DNA of 62,123 nt, filler included, from Candidatus Delongbacteria bacterium (GTDB lineage: Bacteria; UBA4055): the NCBI GenBank assembly GCA_016937995.1. It is 5 parts of 5 records of this genome, joined end to end, with 100 filler letters (N's around TTAATTAATTAA, not from the genome) between each part and the next. Parts side by side here need not be neighbours in the genome. Positions count along the whole stretch, not along the records: positions 1 to 30,333 come from JAFGVM010000003.1; positions 30,434 to 49,087 come from JAFGVM010000016.1; 3 more parts are not named here. One strand, given 5' to 3'. The notes under the pieces were generated by a model. It saw only the letters and a program-made list of their open reading frames with translations. It was not told where the DNA came from and searched no databases. This document shows, one piece after another, positions 27,826 to 39,403 of this stretch. The position numbers were made by a program, and so were the translations under genes. Each line of letters begins with the position of its first letter. Position 1 is the first letter of the stretch.

Positions 27826-29154
27826 ATGATAAAATTAAAAGAAATATTAAAATTACCTTCAGTTTCAAAATTTGAATTTATTGATCTGGATAAAAAAATA
27901 TCCGGAGCAACAATTGATTCAAGAGAAGCTAAAAGCGGTTATCTTTATTTTTCGTTAAAAGGAAGGAATGTTGACGGGCACGAATTTATAGGTAAAGCCT
28001 TGGAAAATGAAATAAGCGCAGCTATTGTTGATCTAAGTTATGATAATTTGAATAAATTTCCGGTTATATATAGCAACGATGTAGAAATAACAATGGGTGA
28101 GATCGCAGGTATTTGGCGTTCTAGATCAAAGGTCAAGGTGATCGCAATAACAGGTTCAAATGGTAAAACCACCACAAAAGAAATGCTTTACGATCTTATC
28201 AAAGATGAGTACAGGACTATAAGAACTTTGAAAAACTATAATAATCACCAGGGTGTTCCGTTGACGTTGATGAATATTAACGAAGAAACTGAGTATGCGA
28301 TAATAGAAATGGGAGCAAATCATTTTGGTGAGATCAACTATCTGTCAGAAATAGCATCACCGGACATAGGAATTATTACAAATGTGGGAGATGCTCATTT
28401 AGAATTCTTCGGTTCAAAAGAAGGAGTAAAAAAGGCAAAAGAGGAGCTGTTCGAATATATCTACAGAAATAACGGAATTATATTTGTCAACAACAATGAT
28501 GAACGCCTGAAAGCTTGGACTAAGGGAAATATAATCAGTTATGGCACGGGCGGGGACTGTAATTATAATTACTCTGAAGTAGGAATAGATGAATATGGTA
28601 ACGGAAAGTTCAAATATGATGACCATTTAATAAAATTGTCAATTCCGGGTGCTTTGAACGTTAAGAATGCTATTGCTGCAACTTCTATTGCAAAACATCT
28701 GGGAATTAAAGATGCCGTGATCCGTGAGAAGCTGTACAATTTTAAACCTTATGATAAAAGATATGAAGAAGTAACTTATAAAAATTCAAAAGTGATACTT
28801 GACTGTTACAATGCAAATCCGTCTTCAATGAAAGGTATTATTCAAGACATGTCCATGATAGAAAATAACTGTATATTTATTCTTGGAGATATGTTCGAAC
28901 TGGGTGAAAGATCTAGAGTAGAGCATGAAAATATTGGTAAGATCTTTAATGAAATAAGTTTTAAAAGACTTCTCCTGATCGGAGATGAAATGAAATATTG
29001 CTACAATTCGGTAAATGATAAAAGTAAAGTTAAATTCTTCGATAGTATAGATGAACTTAAGGTAGAGTTCAGATCAATAGCGGAAAATGCTGAAAAAATA
29101 ATCATTAAGGCATCAAGAGGATTAGAACTGGAGAGATTGGTTAGTGATCAATAG
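27826..29154 (+). CDS. murF: UDP-MurNAc-pentapeptide ligase MurF
   Basis: ITGSNGKTTTKEM, NNHQGVPLT, EMGANHFGEI, DCYNANPSSM, LGDMFELG. Confidence 0.97.
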   Translation: MIKLKEILKLPSVSKFEFIDLDKKISGATIDSREAKSGYLYFSLKGRNVDGHEFIGKALENEISAAIVDLSYDNLNKFPVIYSNDVEITMGEIAGIWRSRSKVKVIAITGSNGKTTTKEMLYDLIKDEYRTIRTLKNYNNHQGVPLTLMNINEETEYAIIEMGANHFGEINYLSEIASPDIGIITNVGDAHLEFFGSKEGVKKAKEELFEYIYRNNGIIFVNNNDERLKAWTKGNIISYGTGGDCNYNYSEVGIDEYGNGKFKYDDHLIKLSIPGALNVKNAIAATSIAKHLGIKDAVIREKLYNFKPYDKRYEEVTYKNSKVILDCYNANPSSMKGIIQDMSMIENNCIFILGDMFELGERSRVEHENIGKIFNEISFKRLLLIGDEMKYCYNSVNDKSKVKFFDSIDELKVEFRSIAENAEKIIIKASRGLELERLVSDQ

Positions 29155-29206
29155 ATGACACGGCCACATGGAGAAAACAAAAATAAAGAGAACACGGTAA
29201 AATAAT

Positions 29207-30333
29207 ATGATTATAGAAAAGCTGGAAGATAACAAATTTTATGATAAGTGGTTATTCCTGGCGATCATGAGTTTATTGATATTCGGTTCTATAATGGTAA
29301 TAAGTTCAGGATCATTCATTGCTGAGTACAAATTCAATAATCAGAATTATTTTATCATACATCAGATCACTAATGCCCTACTAGGACTGGCTGCTATGAT
29401 ATTAGCTATGAACCTGAACTACAGGAATTATAGTAACAAGTATGTTATTTACTTCGGTTTGATAGTAACTGTATTTTTACTTCTGTATTTATTGGTATCG
29501 AATCAGGGTGAATCAATTAAAGGTAGTAAAAGATGGATATTCGGATTTCAACCAAGTGAGTTAGCTAAACATATAGTTGTATTTTTCTTTGCCTTTTCAC
29601 TGAACAAATATAAGGATGTTATTTCAGATTATAAAAAAGGTTATCTGTTACATCTCGGGATACTGGCAGTTATTGTGGGACTGGTTTATTTTCAGCCTGA
29701 TTTCTCTACATCCATGATGATCTTTATTATTGGTTATATACTTTTCTACATCAGCGGTATGAAATTATTACACCTTACCGCAACATTTGTCACCCTGTTA
29801 CTTCCGGTCATAATAGTTATTGCCATAATACAACCATACCGTCTCGATAGGTTTACAACTTTTTTCTCTCCCGATAAAGATGTTTCGGGAAATGGATGGC
29901 AGGTAGAACAATCATTGATCGGTTTCGGTAATGGAGGTGTTGGAGGTGTCGGTCTGGGAGAATCGAGACAAAAAGAGTTTTATTTACCTGAACCTCATAA
30001 TGATTTTATTTTCTCTATCATAGGTGATGAGTTCGGGTATTTTGGAACTACTATGGTAGTATTATTATACATATTGTTGATACAGAGAGGTTTCAAAATA
30101 GCCAAAAACGCTCCTGATTTCTATGGTTTTCTACTTGCTAACGGAATTACTATAGCGATAGCTGTTTATGCGATCTTCAATATGGGGATCACAATCGGTC
30201 TGGTACCACCAACAGGGCTGCCTTTGCCTTTGGTGAGTTATGGAGGAACATCACTTATAATGACCATGTTCAGTCTGGGTGTATTACTGAATATTTCATA
30301 CAAATCTAATCAGTTGAAGCATAATAATGACCA
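29207..30333 (+). CDS. ftsW: Peptidoglycan polymerase FtsW, nearly complete, cut by the contig end
   Basis: KRWI..FQPSELAK, QPDFST, YLPEPHNDFIF, P.TGLPLPLVSYGGTS. Confidence 0.95.
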
Positions 30334-30433
30334 NNNNNNNNNNNNNNNNNNNNNNNNNNNNNNNNNNNNNNNNNNNNTTAATTAATTAANNNNNNNNNNN
30401 NNNNNNNNNNNNNNNNNNNNNNNNNNNNNNNNN
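30334..30433. other. Artificial contig linker
   Basis: N44-TTAATTAATTAA-N44, with stops in all six frames. Confidence 0.98.
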
Positions 30434-30480
30434 ATGTATCTTCTACTTGGGGTATATGGTTTGAATTTTTTTACTGGCAT
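30434..30480 (-). CDS. rplB: 50S ribosomal protein L2, N-terminal fragment at the contig edge
   Basis: Manual translation MPVKKFKPYTPSRRY, directly after rplW. Confidence 0.85.
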
Positions 30481-30517
30481 CTTAACTCCAAATTCTACTA
30501 CTTTTCAACTAACAATT

Positions 30518-30799
30518 TTACGCTTGACCGTATATGTCTAGCGTTTCTCCTTTACTCAATGTAACAACAGCTTTTTTAAAATCGCTTTTTTTGCCGAAAA
30601 ATTTTCCAACCCTTGCAGCTTTTCCGATATAATTAGTAGTGTTAACATGATCTACTTTTACACCAAATTTCACTTCAACGGCTTTTTTAATTTCAATTTT
30701 ATTTGAATTTCTATCGACCAAAAAAGTATATTGATTGTTAGCCTCTTGTAACATACTACTTTTTTCAGTAACTACCGGCTTTTTTAATATCAGCTTCAT
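30518..30799 (-). CDS. rplW: 50S ribosomal protein L23
   Basis: P.VTEKS, NK.EIKKAVE..F.VKV..VNT, KKAVVTL. Confidence 0.96.
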   Translation of the reverse strand: MKLILKKPVVTEKSSMLQEANNQYTFLVDRNSNKIEIKKAVEVKFGVKVDHVNTTNYIGKAARVGKFFGKKSDFKKAVVTLSKGETLDIYGQA

Positions 30800-31462
30800 T
30801 TACGCGTTCACCCTATCAATTGTTTTTAAAGCGTCCTTTTGGATCGCTAAGTAATCAGCATTAATTATTTCGTAAGTTGTAACTGTATCCGCAACTTGAC
30901 ATCTAATATTCTTAATGTTCCTTGCAGATTTCAAAATATTAACTGTATTATCATACTTCGAGTCATCATCAATGTAACTGTATGAATCTACCAGTACTAA
31001 TACTTTCTTACCTAACACTTCCATGCCCTTTAAGACATTAAGGAATTTAGTTGTTTTTGGTACATCGAATTTAAAATTATCAAAAACGAAAACACCGTCA
31101 CTGCTTGCCTTATCAGAAAATGCTGATTTTTTCGCCAATAATTTTTGTTTCTTGTTCATTTTTAGAGTATAATCTCTTGGTGAAGGACCGAATGTTTTAC
31201 CACCTCCAACCAACAAAGGTGATCTCTTGCCCCCTCTTCTGGCTCCACCACTACCTTTTTGGTTTATTGCCTTTTTCTTACTTCCGGCAACATCAGATCT
31301 TCCCTTTGCATTTGCAGTACCCTGTCTTTGGTTTGCCAGATACACTTTAACAGCCTGATGAAGCACATGTGCATTAGGTTCAATACCAAAAATCTGTTCG
31401 TTCAATTCTACTTCTTCGGAGGTCTTTTTTCCCTCAATATCATACACAGCAACTTTTTTCAT
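30800..31462 (-). CDS. rplD: 50S ribosomal protein L4
   Basis: ANQRQGT, QKGSGGAR.G, GGG.TFGP.PRDY. Confidence 0.96.
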   Translation of the reverse strand: MKKVAVYDIEGKKTSEEVELNEQIFGIEPNAHVLHQAVKVYLANQRQGTANAKGRSDVAGSKKKAINQKGSGGARRGGKRSPLLVGGGKTFGPSPRDYTLKMNKKQKLLAKKSAFSDKASSDGVFVFDNFKFDVPKTTKFLNVLKGMEVLGKKVLVLVDSYSYIDDDSKYDNTVNILKSARNIKNIRCQVADTVTTYEIINADYLAIQKDALKTIDRVNA

Positions 31463-32088
31463 TACGCCTCCTGCTTTCTGATTTTAAGTAAACCATTCTT
31501 ACCACCAGGTACAGAACCTTTAACAAAGATGATATTTTTATCCGGAATAACCTTTAAAACTTCAAGGTTTTTTACAGTAACTTTATCGTTACCCATTCTT
31601 CCAGCCATTCTTTTTCCTTTCCATACTCTTGAAGGCCAAGCACACTGACCTATTGATCCAGGCCCTCTTTTTGACTCATGTGTACCATGAGTTCTACCTT
31701 GTCTTTTCATGCCCCATCTTTTGATAGTACCCTGAAATCCTTTACCTTTTGATGTGCCTGTCACTGCAAGTGAGTCTCCTTCTTGAAAGATAGAGACATT
31801 AACCTCTGAACCCACTTCAAGCTCTCCAGCACCTTCAAATCTAAATTCTTTTAAGAATCTTTTAGGAGCAATACCAGCTTTTTCGAAATGTCCCTTTTGA
31901 GGTTTATTAACTCTTTTTTCTTTCTTATCAATAAAACCTAGTTGAACAGCCTCGTATTTATCGTTCTCGATTGTTTTAACCTGAACTACAACACAAGGAC
32001 CTGTTTCGACTATTGTTACAGGAAATTCTCTGCCGGTAGGACCGAAGAAACTGGCCATTCCTAGTTTTTTACCCAATATGACGTTCAT
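31462..32088 (-). CDS. rplC: 50S ribosomal protein L3
   Basis: GKKLGM, SKGKGFQG.IKRW, PGSIGQ, KGKRMAGRMG. Confidence 0.97.
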   Translation of the reverse strand: MNVILGKKLGMASFFGPTGREFPVTIVETGPCVVVQVKTIENDKYEAVQLGFIDKKEKRVNKPQKGHFEKAGIAPKRFLKEFRFEGAGELEVGSEVNVSIFQEGDSLAVTGTSKGKGFQGTIKRWGMKRQGRTHGTHESKRGPGSIGQCAWPSRVWKGKRMAGRMGNDKVTVKNLEVLKVIPDKNIIFVKGSVPGGKNGLLKIRKQEA

Positions 32089-32099
32089 ACAATTCTACC

Positions 32100-32408
32100 T
32101 TACACTTTTACTTCAATGTTTACACCAGCGGGAAGCTCGAGCTTTGTCAAGGCTTCCATGGTTTCCTGTGATGAGTTAAGAATTTCAACCAATCTTCTAT
32201 ATATTCTTTTTTCGAACTGCTCTCTCGATTTTTTATTAACGTGAGGAGAACGAAGCACAGTATATATAGTCTTTTTTGTTGGCAATGGAACAGGTCCGGA
32301 AATTACCGCACCTGTTTCTTTTGCCTTTTTAATGATCTTTTCGGTTGAAATATCAATCAAATGATAATCGTATGATTTCAATTTGATTTTTATTTTCTGT
32401 GCAGCCAT
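32100..32408 (-). CDS. rpsJ: 30S ribosomal protein S10
   Basis: [23 protein letters not shown]. Confidence 0.98.
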   Translation of the reverse strand: MAAQKIKIKLKSYDYHLIDISTEKIIKKAKETGAVISGPVPLPTKKTIYTVLRSPHVNKKSREQFEKRIYRRLVEILNSSQETMEALTKLELPAGVNIEVKV

Positions 32409-32439
32409 TTTTACCTCTTAACTTTTACGCCTTTAGCAA

Positions 32440-33633
32440 TTATTCTACTATGTCAGAAACTGCACCAGCTCCGATTGTTCTTCCACCTTCTCTAATAGCA
32501 AATCTTAGTCCGTGCTCCATTGCAACTGGATAGATAAGCTCTACATTTATCTCTGTATTATCACCAGGCATGATCATCTCAGTACCTTCGTTCAGTGTGA
32601 TAGATCCAGTTACGTCTGTAGTTCTTATAAAGAATTGTGGTCTATAATTATTGAAGAATGGCTTGTGTCTTCCACCCTCTTTTTCTGTAAGTACATAAAC
32701 CTCTGCTTTAAATTTAGTATGAGGAGTTACACTTCCAGGTTTAACAATTACCATACCTCTTTCAATAGCATCTTTAGCGATACCACGTAAAAGAAGACCA
32801 ACATTATCTCCTGCCTGACCTTCGTCAAGAAGTTTTCTGAACATCTCAACACCGGTACAAACTGATTTTTTCTTTTCATGTGACAAACCGATGATCTCAA
32901 CTTCATCGCCAATGTGTACAGCACCTCTTTCAATTCTACCAGTTGCAACAGTACCTCTACCAGTGATAGAGAAAACATCTTCCACAGGTAACAAGAAAGG
33001 TTTAGCATTATCTCTTTCTGGAGTAGGAATATACTCATCAACTGCTTTCATCAGATCAAGTATACACTGTGTCATTACAGGATCTTCCGGATGTTCAAGA
33101 GCGTTTAAAGCAGAACCTCTGATAATAGGAATTTCATCTGCCGGGAATTCATACTGCTCAAGAATTTCCTGAATTTCCATTTCTACAAGCTCTAGCAACT
33201 CTTCATCATCAACTTGATCAACTTTGTTCAAGAAAATCACTAGATAAGGTACGTTCACCTGTCTAGCAAGAAGAATGTGCTCTTTTGTCTGAGGCATAGG
33301 ACCATCAGCTGCAGAAACAACAACAATTGCACCGTCCATTTGAGCAGCTCCGGTAACCATGTTCTTCACATAGTCAGCGTGACCTGGACAATCTACGTGT
33401 GCATAATGTCTGTTCACTGTCTCGTACTCTACGTGAGCAGTAGCGATAGTAATTCCTCTTTCTTTTTCTTCTGGGGCTTTATCGATCTCATCAAAAGCCA
33501 TTACCTTAGCTCCGGTAATCTTAGAAAGAACTAAAGTGATCGCAGCCGTTAATGTTGTCTTACCATGATCAACGTGACCAATAGTACCAATATTAACGTG
33601 CGGTTTAGTCCTATCAAATTTTTCCTTAGCCAT
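32440..33633 (-). CDS. tuf: Elongation factor Tu
   Basis: [25 protein letters not shown]. Confidence 0.99.
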   Translation of the reverse strand: MAKEKFDRTKPHVNIGTIGHVDHGKTTLTAAITLVLSKITGAKVMAFDEIDKAPEEKERGITIATAHVEYETVNRHYAHVDCPGHADYVKNMVTGAAQMDGAIVVVSAADGPMPQTKEHILLARQVNVPYLVIFLNKVDQVDDEELLELVEMEIQEILEQYEFPADEIPIIRGSALNALEHPEDPVMTQCILDLMKAVDEYIPTPERDNAKPFLLPVEDVFSITGRGTVATGRIERGAVHIGDEVEIIGLSHEKKKSVCTGVEMFRKLLDEGQAGDNVGLLLRGIAKDAIERGMVIVKPGSVTPHTKFKAEVYVLTEKEGGRHKPFFNNYRPQFFIRTTDVTGSITLNEGTEMIMPGDNTEINVELIYPVAMEHGLRFAIREGGRTIGAGAVSDIVE

Positions 33634-33681
33634 TCAAATACCTCCGTCTTTAAAAAAATTTTACCTTTTTATAATTATCGT

Positions 33682-35751
33682 TTAATAAACGTAACCGAAT
33701 TTTTTCATTATATTAACTAATTCTACCTCAGGAACAACAACGAACTCACTGAACTCCATAGATGATGTTGCTCTACCCTGTGATAAATTTCTTAACCTGC
33801 TTGTATAACCGAACATTTCAGATAATGGAACAACAGCTCTGATTATCTGAAAGTCATTTTTAATTTCAAGCCCTTCAACCCTTCCTCTTCTGGATGAAAG
33901 ATTCCCAGTAATTGCACCAACATATGCTATAGGAGTATGTATCTCCACCTTCATTACAGGTTCCATTAACATCGCTCCAGCTTTCTGTGCCGCTTCTTTA
34001 AAAGCAATACTGCCACAAGTTTTGAAAGCCATTTCTGAAGAGTCCACCGGATGATATGCTCCATCATATAACTCAACTTCACAATCCATGATCTGATATC
34101 CGGCAATAGGTCCCGAGGCCATTGCTTCTTTGATTCCTTTCTCGATCGCAGGTATATATTCCTTAGGTATTTTACCACCAACGATCTTATTGGTAAATAC
34201 CAGACCTTTATTTGACTCGCCTGGTTTTACTCTGATCTTAATATGAGCAAATTGACCTTTTCCACCAGTTTGCTTTGAGTATTTATAATCAATATCAACT
34301 TCTTTTTTTAATTTCTCTCTGTAAGCGACCTGAGGAGCACCTACATTTGCCTCGACCATGAATTCTCTCTTAAGTCTGTCTATAATGATCTCAAGATGTA
34401 ATTCACCCATACCCGAAATTATCGTCTGACCTGTTTCCTCATTATATCTAGTAGTAAATGTCGGATCTTCTTCTGCCAACTTTATCAGAGAATCCGTCAA
34501 TTTATCAGAATCAAGTTTTGTTTTGGGTTCAATCGCGATATGAACAACAGGCTCAGGAAAATCCAACACTTCGAATCTTATTATGTTATTGCTGTCACAT
34601 AATGTATCACCAGTTCTTGTGTTCCTTAATCCTACAACAGCTATGATATCACCTACCTGACAGGAATCTTTTTCCTCTCTTTTATTTGACATCATCTGCA
34701 AAATTCTTCCAAGTCTTTCTTTTTTATCTGTATTTGTGTTGTAAACAGAGTCTCCAACTTTTGCTTTTCCTGAGTAAACTCTCATAAAGATCAATTTACC
34801 CACATAAGGATCGGTCATTACCTTAAAAGCATATGCTGCGAACGCTTCAGAAGTCGATGGTTTTCTATAAACAAAATTCTCACCTTTTTTATCAAGTCCC
34901 TGATATTTTTCAGTATCAACAGGAGAAGGTAAATAATCAATTACACCATCCAGTAAACCCTGAACACCTTTGTTCTTGAAAGCAGAACCACAGAATACAG
35001 GAACTATTTTAATGTCCAGTGTCGCTTTTCTTATAGCGGCCTTGATCTTTGAATCGGATATATCCTTACCATCAAGGAACATTTCCATTAGTTCATCATC
35101 GTAATCTGAAATAGATTCCAGCATTATTTCTCTATATTCATTTGCCTGTTCTAAAAGATCTTCAGGTATCTCAATTTCCTCGAATATAAGACCGTCATCC
35201 TTTTTGTACATTCTTGCTTTCATTCTGATCAGATCAATAACACCGGAGAACATTTCTCCTGATCCTACAGGTATTTGAACCGCTATAGGATTCGCGCCTA
35301 ATCTTTCACTGATCATTTCCAATACATTATAGAAGTCCGAACCGGTCCTATCCATTTTATTAACAAATGCAATTCTTGGAACTTTATATTTATCAGCCTG
35401 TCTCCATACAGTCTCCGACTGAGGTTCAACTCCGCCAACCGCACAGAATAAAGCTATTGCACCATCAAGTACTCTTAATGACCTTTCAACCTCCACGGTA
35501 AAATCCACGTGACCCGGAGTGTCTATTATATTAATGGTATGGTCTTTCCATTCGCATTTTGTAGCAGCTGAGGTAATTGTAATTCCTCTTTCCTGCTCCT
35601 GCTCCATCCAGTCCATTGTTGCAGTACCTTCGTGCACTTCTCCAATCTTGTGCAATTTTCCGGTATAATACAATATCCTTTCGGTAGTTGTAGTCTTACC
35701 TGCATCAATGTGTGCCATAATACCAATATTTCTCAGATCATTTAATTCCAT
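33682..35751 (-). CDS. fusA: Elongation factor G
   Basis: [33 protein letters not shown]. Confidence 0.99.
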   Translation of the reverse strand: MELNDLRNIGIMAHIDAGKTTTTERILYYTGKLHKIGEVHEGTATMDWMEQEQERGITITSAATKCEWKDHTINIIDTPGHVDFTVEVERSLRVLDGAIALFCAVGGVEPQSETVWRQADKYKVPRIAFVNKMDRTGSDFYNVLEMISERLGANPIAVQIPVGSGEMFSGVIDLIRMKARMYKKDDGLIFEEIEIPEDLLEQANEYREIMLESISDYDDELMEMFLDGKDISDSKIKAAIRKATLDIKIVPVFCGSAFKNKGVQGLLDGVIDYLPSPVDTEKYQGLDKKGENFVYRKPSTSEAFAAYAFKVMTDPYVGKLIFMRVYSGKAKVGDSVYNTNTDKKERLGRILQMMSNKREEKDSCQVGDIIAVVGLRNTRTGDTLCDSNNIIRFEVLDFPEPVVHIAIEPKTKLDSDKLTDSLIKLAEEDPTFTTRYNEETGQTIISGMGELHLEIIIDRLKREFMVEANVGAPQVAYREKLKKEVDIDYKYSKQTGGKGQFAHIKIRVKPGESNKGLVFTNKIVGGKIPKEYIPAIEKGIKEAMASGPIAGYQIMDCEVELYDGAYHPVDSSEMAFKTCGSIAFKEAAQKAGAMLMEPVMKVEIHTPIAYVGAITGNLSSRRGRVEGLEIKNDFQIIRAVVPLSEMFGYTSRLRNLSQGRATSSMEFSEFVVVPEVELVNIMKKFGYVY

Positions 35752-35754
35752 AGC

Positions 35755-36228
35755 TTACCATCTAAAATGAGCGAAAGCTTTATTAGCTTCTGCCATTTTA
35801 TGCATATCTTCCTTTTTCTTAACTGATGCACCTTCATTTTTGAAAGCTGCCATTACTTCATCTGCAAGTTTAATAGCCATAGATTTGCCACTTCTTTTTC
35901 TTGAGTTGGCAATGACCCATCTTATTGCTAGAGCTTCTTTTCTTTCTGCTCTGATCTCAATTGGCACCTGAACGTTTGAACCACCGATCCTTCTGGACTT
36001 TACTTCCAATACCGGCTTAACATTTTCAATTGCCTGTCTGAAAACTTCGTTACCTTTCTTACCTTTCTCTTTTTCCTCGATTATTGCCATTGCAGTATAA
36101 AAGTTATTCTCTGAAATAGACTTTTTCCCGCATTTCATCATATTATTGATGAATTTTGCAATTACGAGATCTTTGTAAACAGGATCAGGTAAAATCGTTC
36201 TTTTAATTGCTTTGGATCTTCTTGACAT
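35755..36228 (-). CDS. rpsG: 30S ribosomal protein S7
   Basis: EVKSRRIGG..QVP.E, HKMAEANKAFAHFRW. Confidence 0.98.
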   Translation of the reverse strand: MSRRSKAIKRTILPDPVYKDLVIAKFINNMMKCGKKSISENNFYTAMAIIEEKEKGKKGNEVFRQAIENVKPVLEVKSRRIGGSNVQVPIEIRAERKEALAIRWVIANSRKRSGKSMAIKLADEVMAAFKNEGASVKKKEDMHKMAEANKAFAHFRW

Positions 36229-36254
36229 TTATATCCTCTTTTGCTACAAATTTT

Positions 36255-36629
36255 TTATTTCTTCGGTCTTTTAGCACCATACTTTGAACGGGACTGTACT
36301 CTTCCTTCAACACCTGCTGTATCCTGAGTACCTCTGATAATGTGATATCTCACACCTGGAAGGTCTTTTACCCTTCCACCTCTGATAAGAACTACAGCAT
36401 GCTCTTGTAAATTATGACCTTCTCCGGGTATGTAAGCCCAAACCTCTTGAGAATTTGATAATCTTACTCTGGCAACTTTTCTTAAAGCAGAGTTAGGTTT
36501 CTTAGGTGTTAAGGTTGTGATCTTAGTGCATACTCCTCGTTTTTGTGGACATGCATCTAAAGCAGGACATTTTGTTTTCTTTTTTATCGTTTTACGTCCG
36601 AACCTTATGAGTTGATTGATTGTTGGCAT
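36255..36629 (-). CDS. rpsL: 30S ribosomal protein S12
   Basis: [30 protein letters not shown]. Confidence 0.99.
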   Translation of the reverse strand: MPTINQLIRFGRKTIKKKTKCPALDACPQKRGVCTKITTLTPKKPNSALRKVARVRLSNSQEVWAYIPGEGHNLQEHAVVLIRGGRVKDLPGVRYHIIRGTQDTAGVEGRVQSRSKYGAKRPKK

Positions 36630-36744
36630 TAACTTTCTCCAAATAATCTATGTTATTTTACTATTCTATTTTTTCTAGCGTTTTCAGGCATGAATTTCTG
36701 ATCGTTTATGTAGCACAGAAAACCTGCTTTTACGCAGAGCAACG

Positions 36745-36773
36745 AATATACTAATATTAAATTTGAATGTCAA
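36745..36773 (-). promoter_or_regulatory. sigma70-type promoter of the str operon
   Basis: TTGACA-17 nt-TATATT on the minus strand. Confidence 0.7.
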
Positions 36774-36854
36774 TCTTTTTTTTGGTAAATAATTAAATTT
36801 TTGGAACTTTTTTGTCAAAAAATGAAAAAAAATGAAAAAATAATAAAATTCGTT

Positions 36855-38270
36855 TTATTTATCGATATTACTTAATTTCGTGTTTGGAAAATAGAAATAA
36901 AGAATTTCTCTGAAATCTTTTCCTTTTGAAGCCATTCCACATGCACCTATCTGGCACATTCCTGTTCCGTGTCCGAACCCTGCACCCTTAAAAATAAAAT
37001 CTCCTCCACTTTTGACAACATAAAAATTTGCACTGTATAAAGGTGGATCCGACAGTTGTTTCCTAATATTTAATTCCTTATTTATAGTAAGTGTAGAATT
37101 TGATCCGACAACTGACACGGAAATTGCCTTACCGGATTTACCTCTTTTCAATATTTTTATATCCTTAAGTTTACCAATGTTCTTTCCGGTTTTATTCTTT
37201 ATAATCTGTTCGAGTTTCTTACTTGAATATTTCTTTGTCCACCGATAATATTTTTTTGCATAATCCAGCGCTTTATCAACATTTTTATCAGCAAGATTAC
37301 AGTATGCATCTGGCCGGGAATCTATCCATTTTTTAAATAAGCTTTCATTGCTTAGATCATTATATTTTTCCAACCCATTTATCTTGTCTGGTTTTGACGG
37401 GAGATATTCAAGCTTATTACCACTCCAGATAATATCATTTGATTCAAGGTGTCCGCCACATACCGAATGAAATAAAGCCTGTATAGGTTTACCGTTGTTC
37501 TCCAATATGATTCCTCTGGTCTCATCTACTGCTTTATTGGCTCTTTCATGAGTTTTACTTATTCCAGTGTATACCTGACTGTATACATCGCTGTAAAGGG
37601 AATAAGGTTTGTTCTTATATTTTTTACCAAGATCAGAGAATACATTTGTTCTTGCAAGAACTGCCTGTGCCTTAAGTGCTTCAAATGGAGATAATGCAGA
37701 CATTTCTGACGGTACTACACCGTACAGATATTGCTCAATACCGACATCATTGACCACTGTGATCTTATTGTTGAATTTAATGAATTCTATGTTACCTTTA
37801 TAACTTCTTGATCTGGTATTTTCCCAATGCCATCCTTTTCCGGATTTGATCTTTCCCAGTGTTACATATGATGCTATCTGCTCAGGTTTAAATACAACTT
37901 TTTGATCTACTGCTATTTTTTCCCCTGTACTTATATTTTCCAGGCAAATGTATTTTTCAGTTGTAAAATATACCTTCCATGAATCAGTGGACATTTTTTT
38001 ACTGAAAATTAATTTTTCATCGTTATAGATAGAATAGGACCCACTGAATGAAAATATTATTTTATCTTCATTCTCCATCAAACCAACTCTCACGTTCTTG
38101 TTACTTTCTACTATTTCTTTTTTTATTTCAGGAGGTAGTATTTGTACAGGTTCTATAGCGATCTTGGATTTGATCTGTTCCTTGATAGAAATATTTTTGT
38201 TTTGATTTATCGGGGTGCAGCTTAAAAAAAATAAAAATAATGTAAAGACTATTCTGCAATACCAACCCAT
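36855..38270 (-). CDS. SpoIID/LytB-domain lipoprotein (lytic transglycosylase family)
   Basis: FLSC lipobox; YLYGVVPSEM, EALKAQAVLART, QVYTG, GFGHG.GMCQ.GA..MA..G. Confidence 0.92.
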   Translation of the reverse strand: MGWYCRIVFTLFLFFLSCTPINQNKNISIKEQIKSKIAIEPVQILPPEIKKEIVESNKNVRVGLMENEDKIIFSFSGSYSIYNDEKLIFSKKMSTDSWKVYFTTEKYICLENISTGEKIAVDQKVVFKPEQIASYVTLGKIKSGKGWHWENTRSRSYKGNIEFIKFNNKITVVNDVGIEQYLYGVVPSEMSALSPFEALKAQAVLARTNVFSDLGKKYKNKPYSLYSDVYSQVYTGISKTHERANKAVDETRGIILENNGKPIQALFHSVCGGHLESNDIIWSGNKLEYLPSKPDKINGLEKYNDLSNESLFKKWIDSRPDAYCNLADKNVDKALDYAKKYYRWTKKYSSKKLEQIIKNKTGKNIGKLKDIKILKRGKSGKAISVSVVGSNSTLTINKELNIRKQLSDPPLYSANFYVVKSGGDFIFKGAGFGHGTGMCQIGACGMASKGKDFREILYFYFPNTKLSNIDK

Positions 38271-38306
38271 TCGAATTCCTTGGTAGATAAATGGAACAAC
38301 TTATGT

Positions 38307-38684
38307 TTACTCGAATTCGTTGAGTTCTTGAATTCTATCGAGTATTAATAGTAACTCTTTGTTTCTAAATGGCTTTGCTATGTATCCCTCAGCACCAAGA
38401 TTCAACGCTTCCGTCTGGGTATACTCTTCTGCAAATCCGGTCATTATCACTGCAGAAATACTTTTATGATCCTCCCTGATGGCTTTCAGAAGTTCTATTC
38501 CGTCCATTTCAGGCATTTTCATATCGGTAATAACAATGTCAATATGGTCATTATTAATAACCTTTAAAGCTTCAATTCCGTTAGTGGCAGTTTGACATGC
38601 ATAATCATTGATCAGGAAAAAATTCTTTAACATGTTGAGCATATTTTCTTCATCATCAACCACAAGTATCTTGAGATTGCTCAT
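38307..38684 (-). CDS. Single-domain response regulator
   Basis: ILVVDDE, ITDMKMPEMDG, MTG, KPF. Confidence 0.93.
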   Translation of the reverse strand: MSNLKILVVDDEENMLNMLKNFFLINDYACQTATNGIEALKVINNDHIDIVITDMKMPEMDGIELLKAIREDHKSISAVIMTGFAEEYTQTEALNLGAEGYIAKPFRNKELLLILDRIQELNEFE

Positions 38685-38803
38685 AAATTCCCTCTATTTT
38701 AATATACCTATCACTCTACTTAGAAGTTTATTTTTTTGTTAATATACCATTGACTATGGTTAAAATCAACATTAAAAAACTTTTGCAAATATATCCTGTA
38801 AAA

Positions 38804-39403
38804 CTATTCTTTGGCAATCTTTTTTATCACTAATTCAACTACGTATTTACACAACGACCCTATGAAAATGCCAAGTATAAATCCGCTAATAACATCTGTT
38901 GGATAGTGTACTCCCAGGTACATTCTTGATATACCAACTAATAATGCAATTGAAAGAAATAGCCAACTCCATTTTTTGTAGAAGAAACTCCATAGAACAG
39001 CTACACCCATTGCGTTTGAAGCATGAGATGAAACAAATGAATATGAACTTTTATAGCTGCTTACCCCATCAGTTAACACCCAGATCGATCTACCTTTTTT
39101 CCAGAACCAGAGATCTGAAATTGTCTGACATGGTCTTGCTCTATGGAACAAAGGTTTGAATATTCTGCTTGAGATCAGATCTGTTAAAGCTATTGATAAA
39201 CCTGTCGCTATTAGCATAATATAAACAGTTTTGACCAAGGTCATATTTTTTTCTTTATATCCTTTGATCAAAAGAACTACAGGAAAGATCAAAAATAGCA
39301 AAGCTGCTGATTTGCTTGAAAAAAACACGAATACCGGATTCAGAATATCTGAATGGATAGTCCTGTTGAAAAAAAATAATATCTGCTCATCAAAGTTATT
39401 CAT
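38804..39403 (-). CDS. PAP2-family phosphatase (undecaprenyl-diphosphatase-like)
   Basis: K......RP, SSHA, SRMYLGVHYPTDV. Confidence 0.92.
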   Translation of the reverse strand: MNNFDEQILFFFNRTIHSDILNPVFVFFSSKSAALLFLIFPVVLLIKGYKEKNMTLVKTVYIMLIATGLSIALTDLISSRIFKPLFHRARPCQTISDLWFWKKGRSIWVLTDGVSSYKSSYSFVSSHASNAMGVAVLWSFFYKKWSWLFLSIALLVGISRMYLGVHYPTDVISGFILGIFIGSLCKYVVELVIKKIAKE

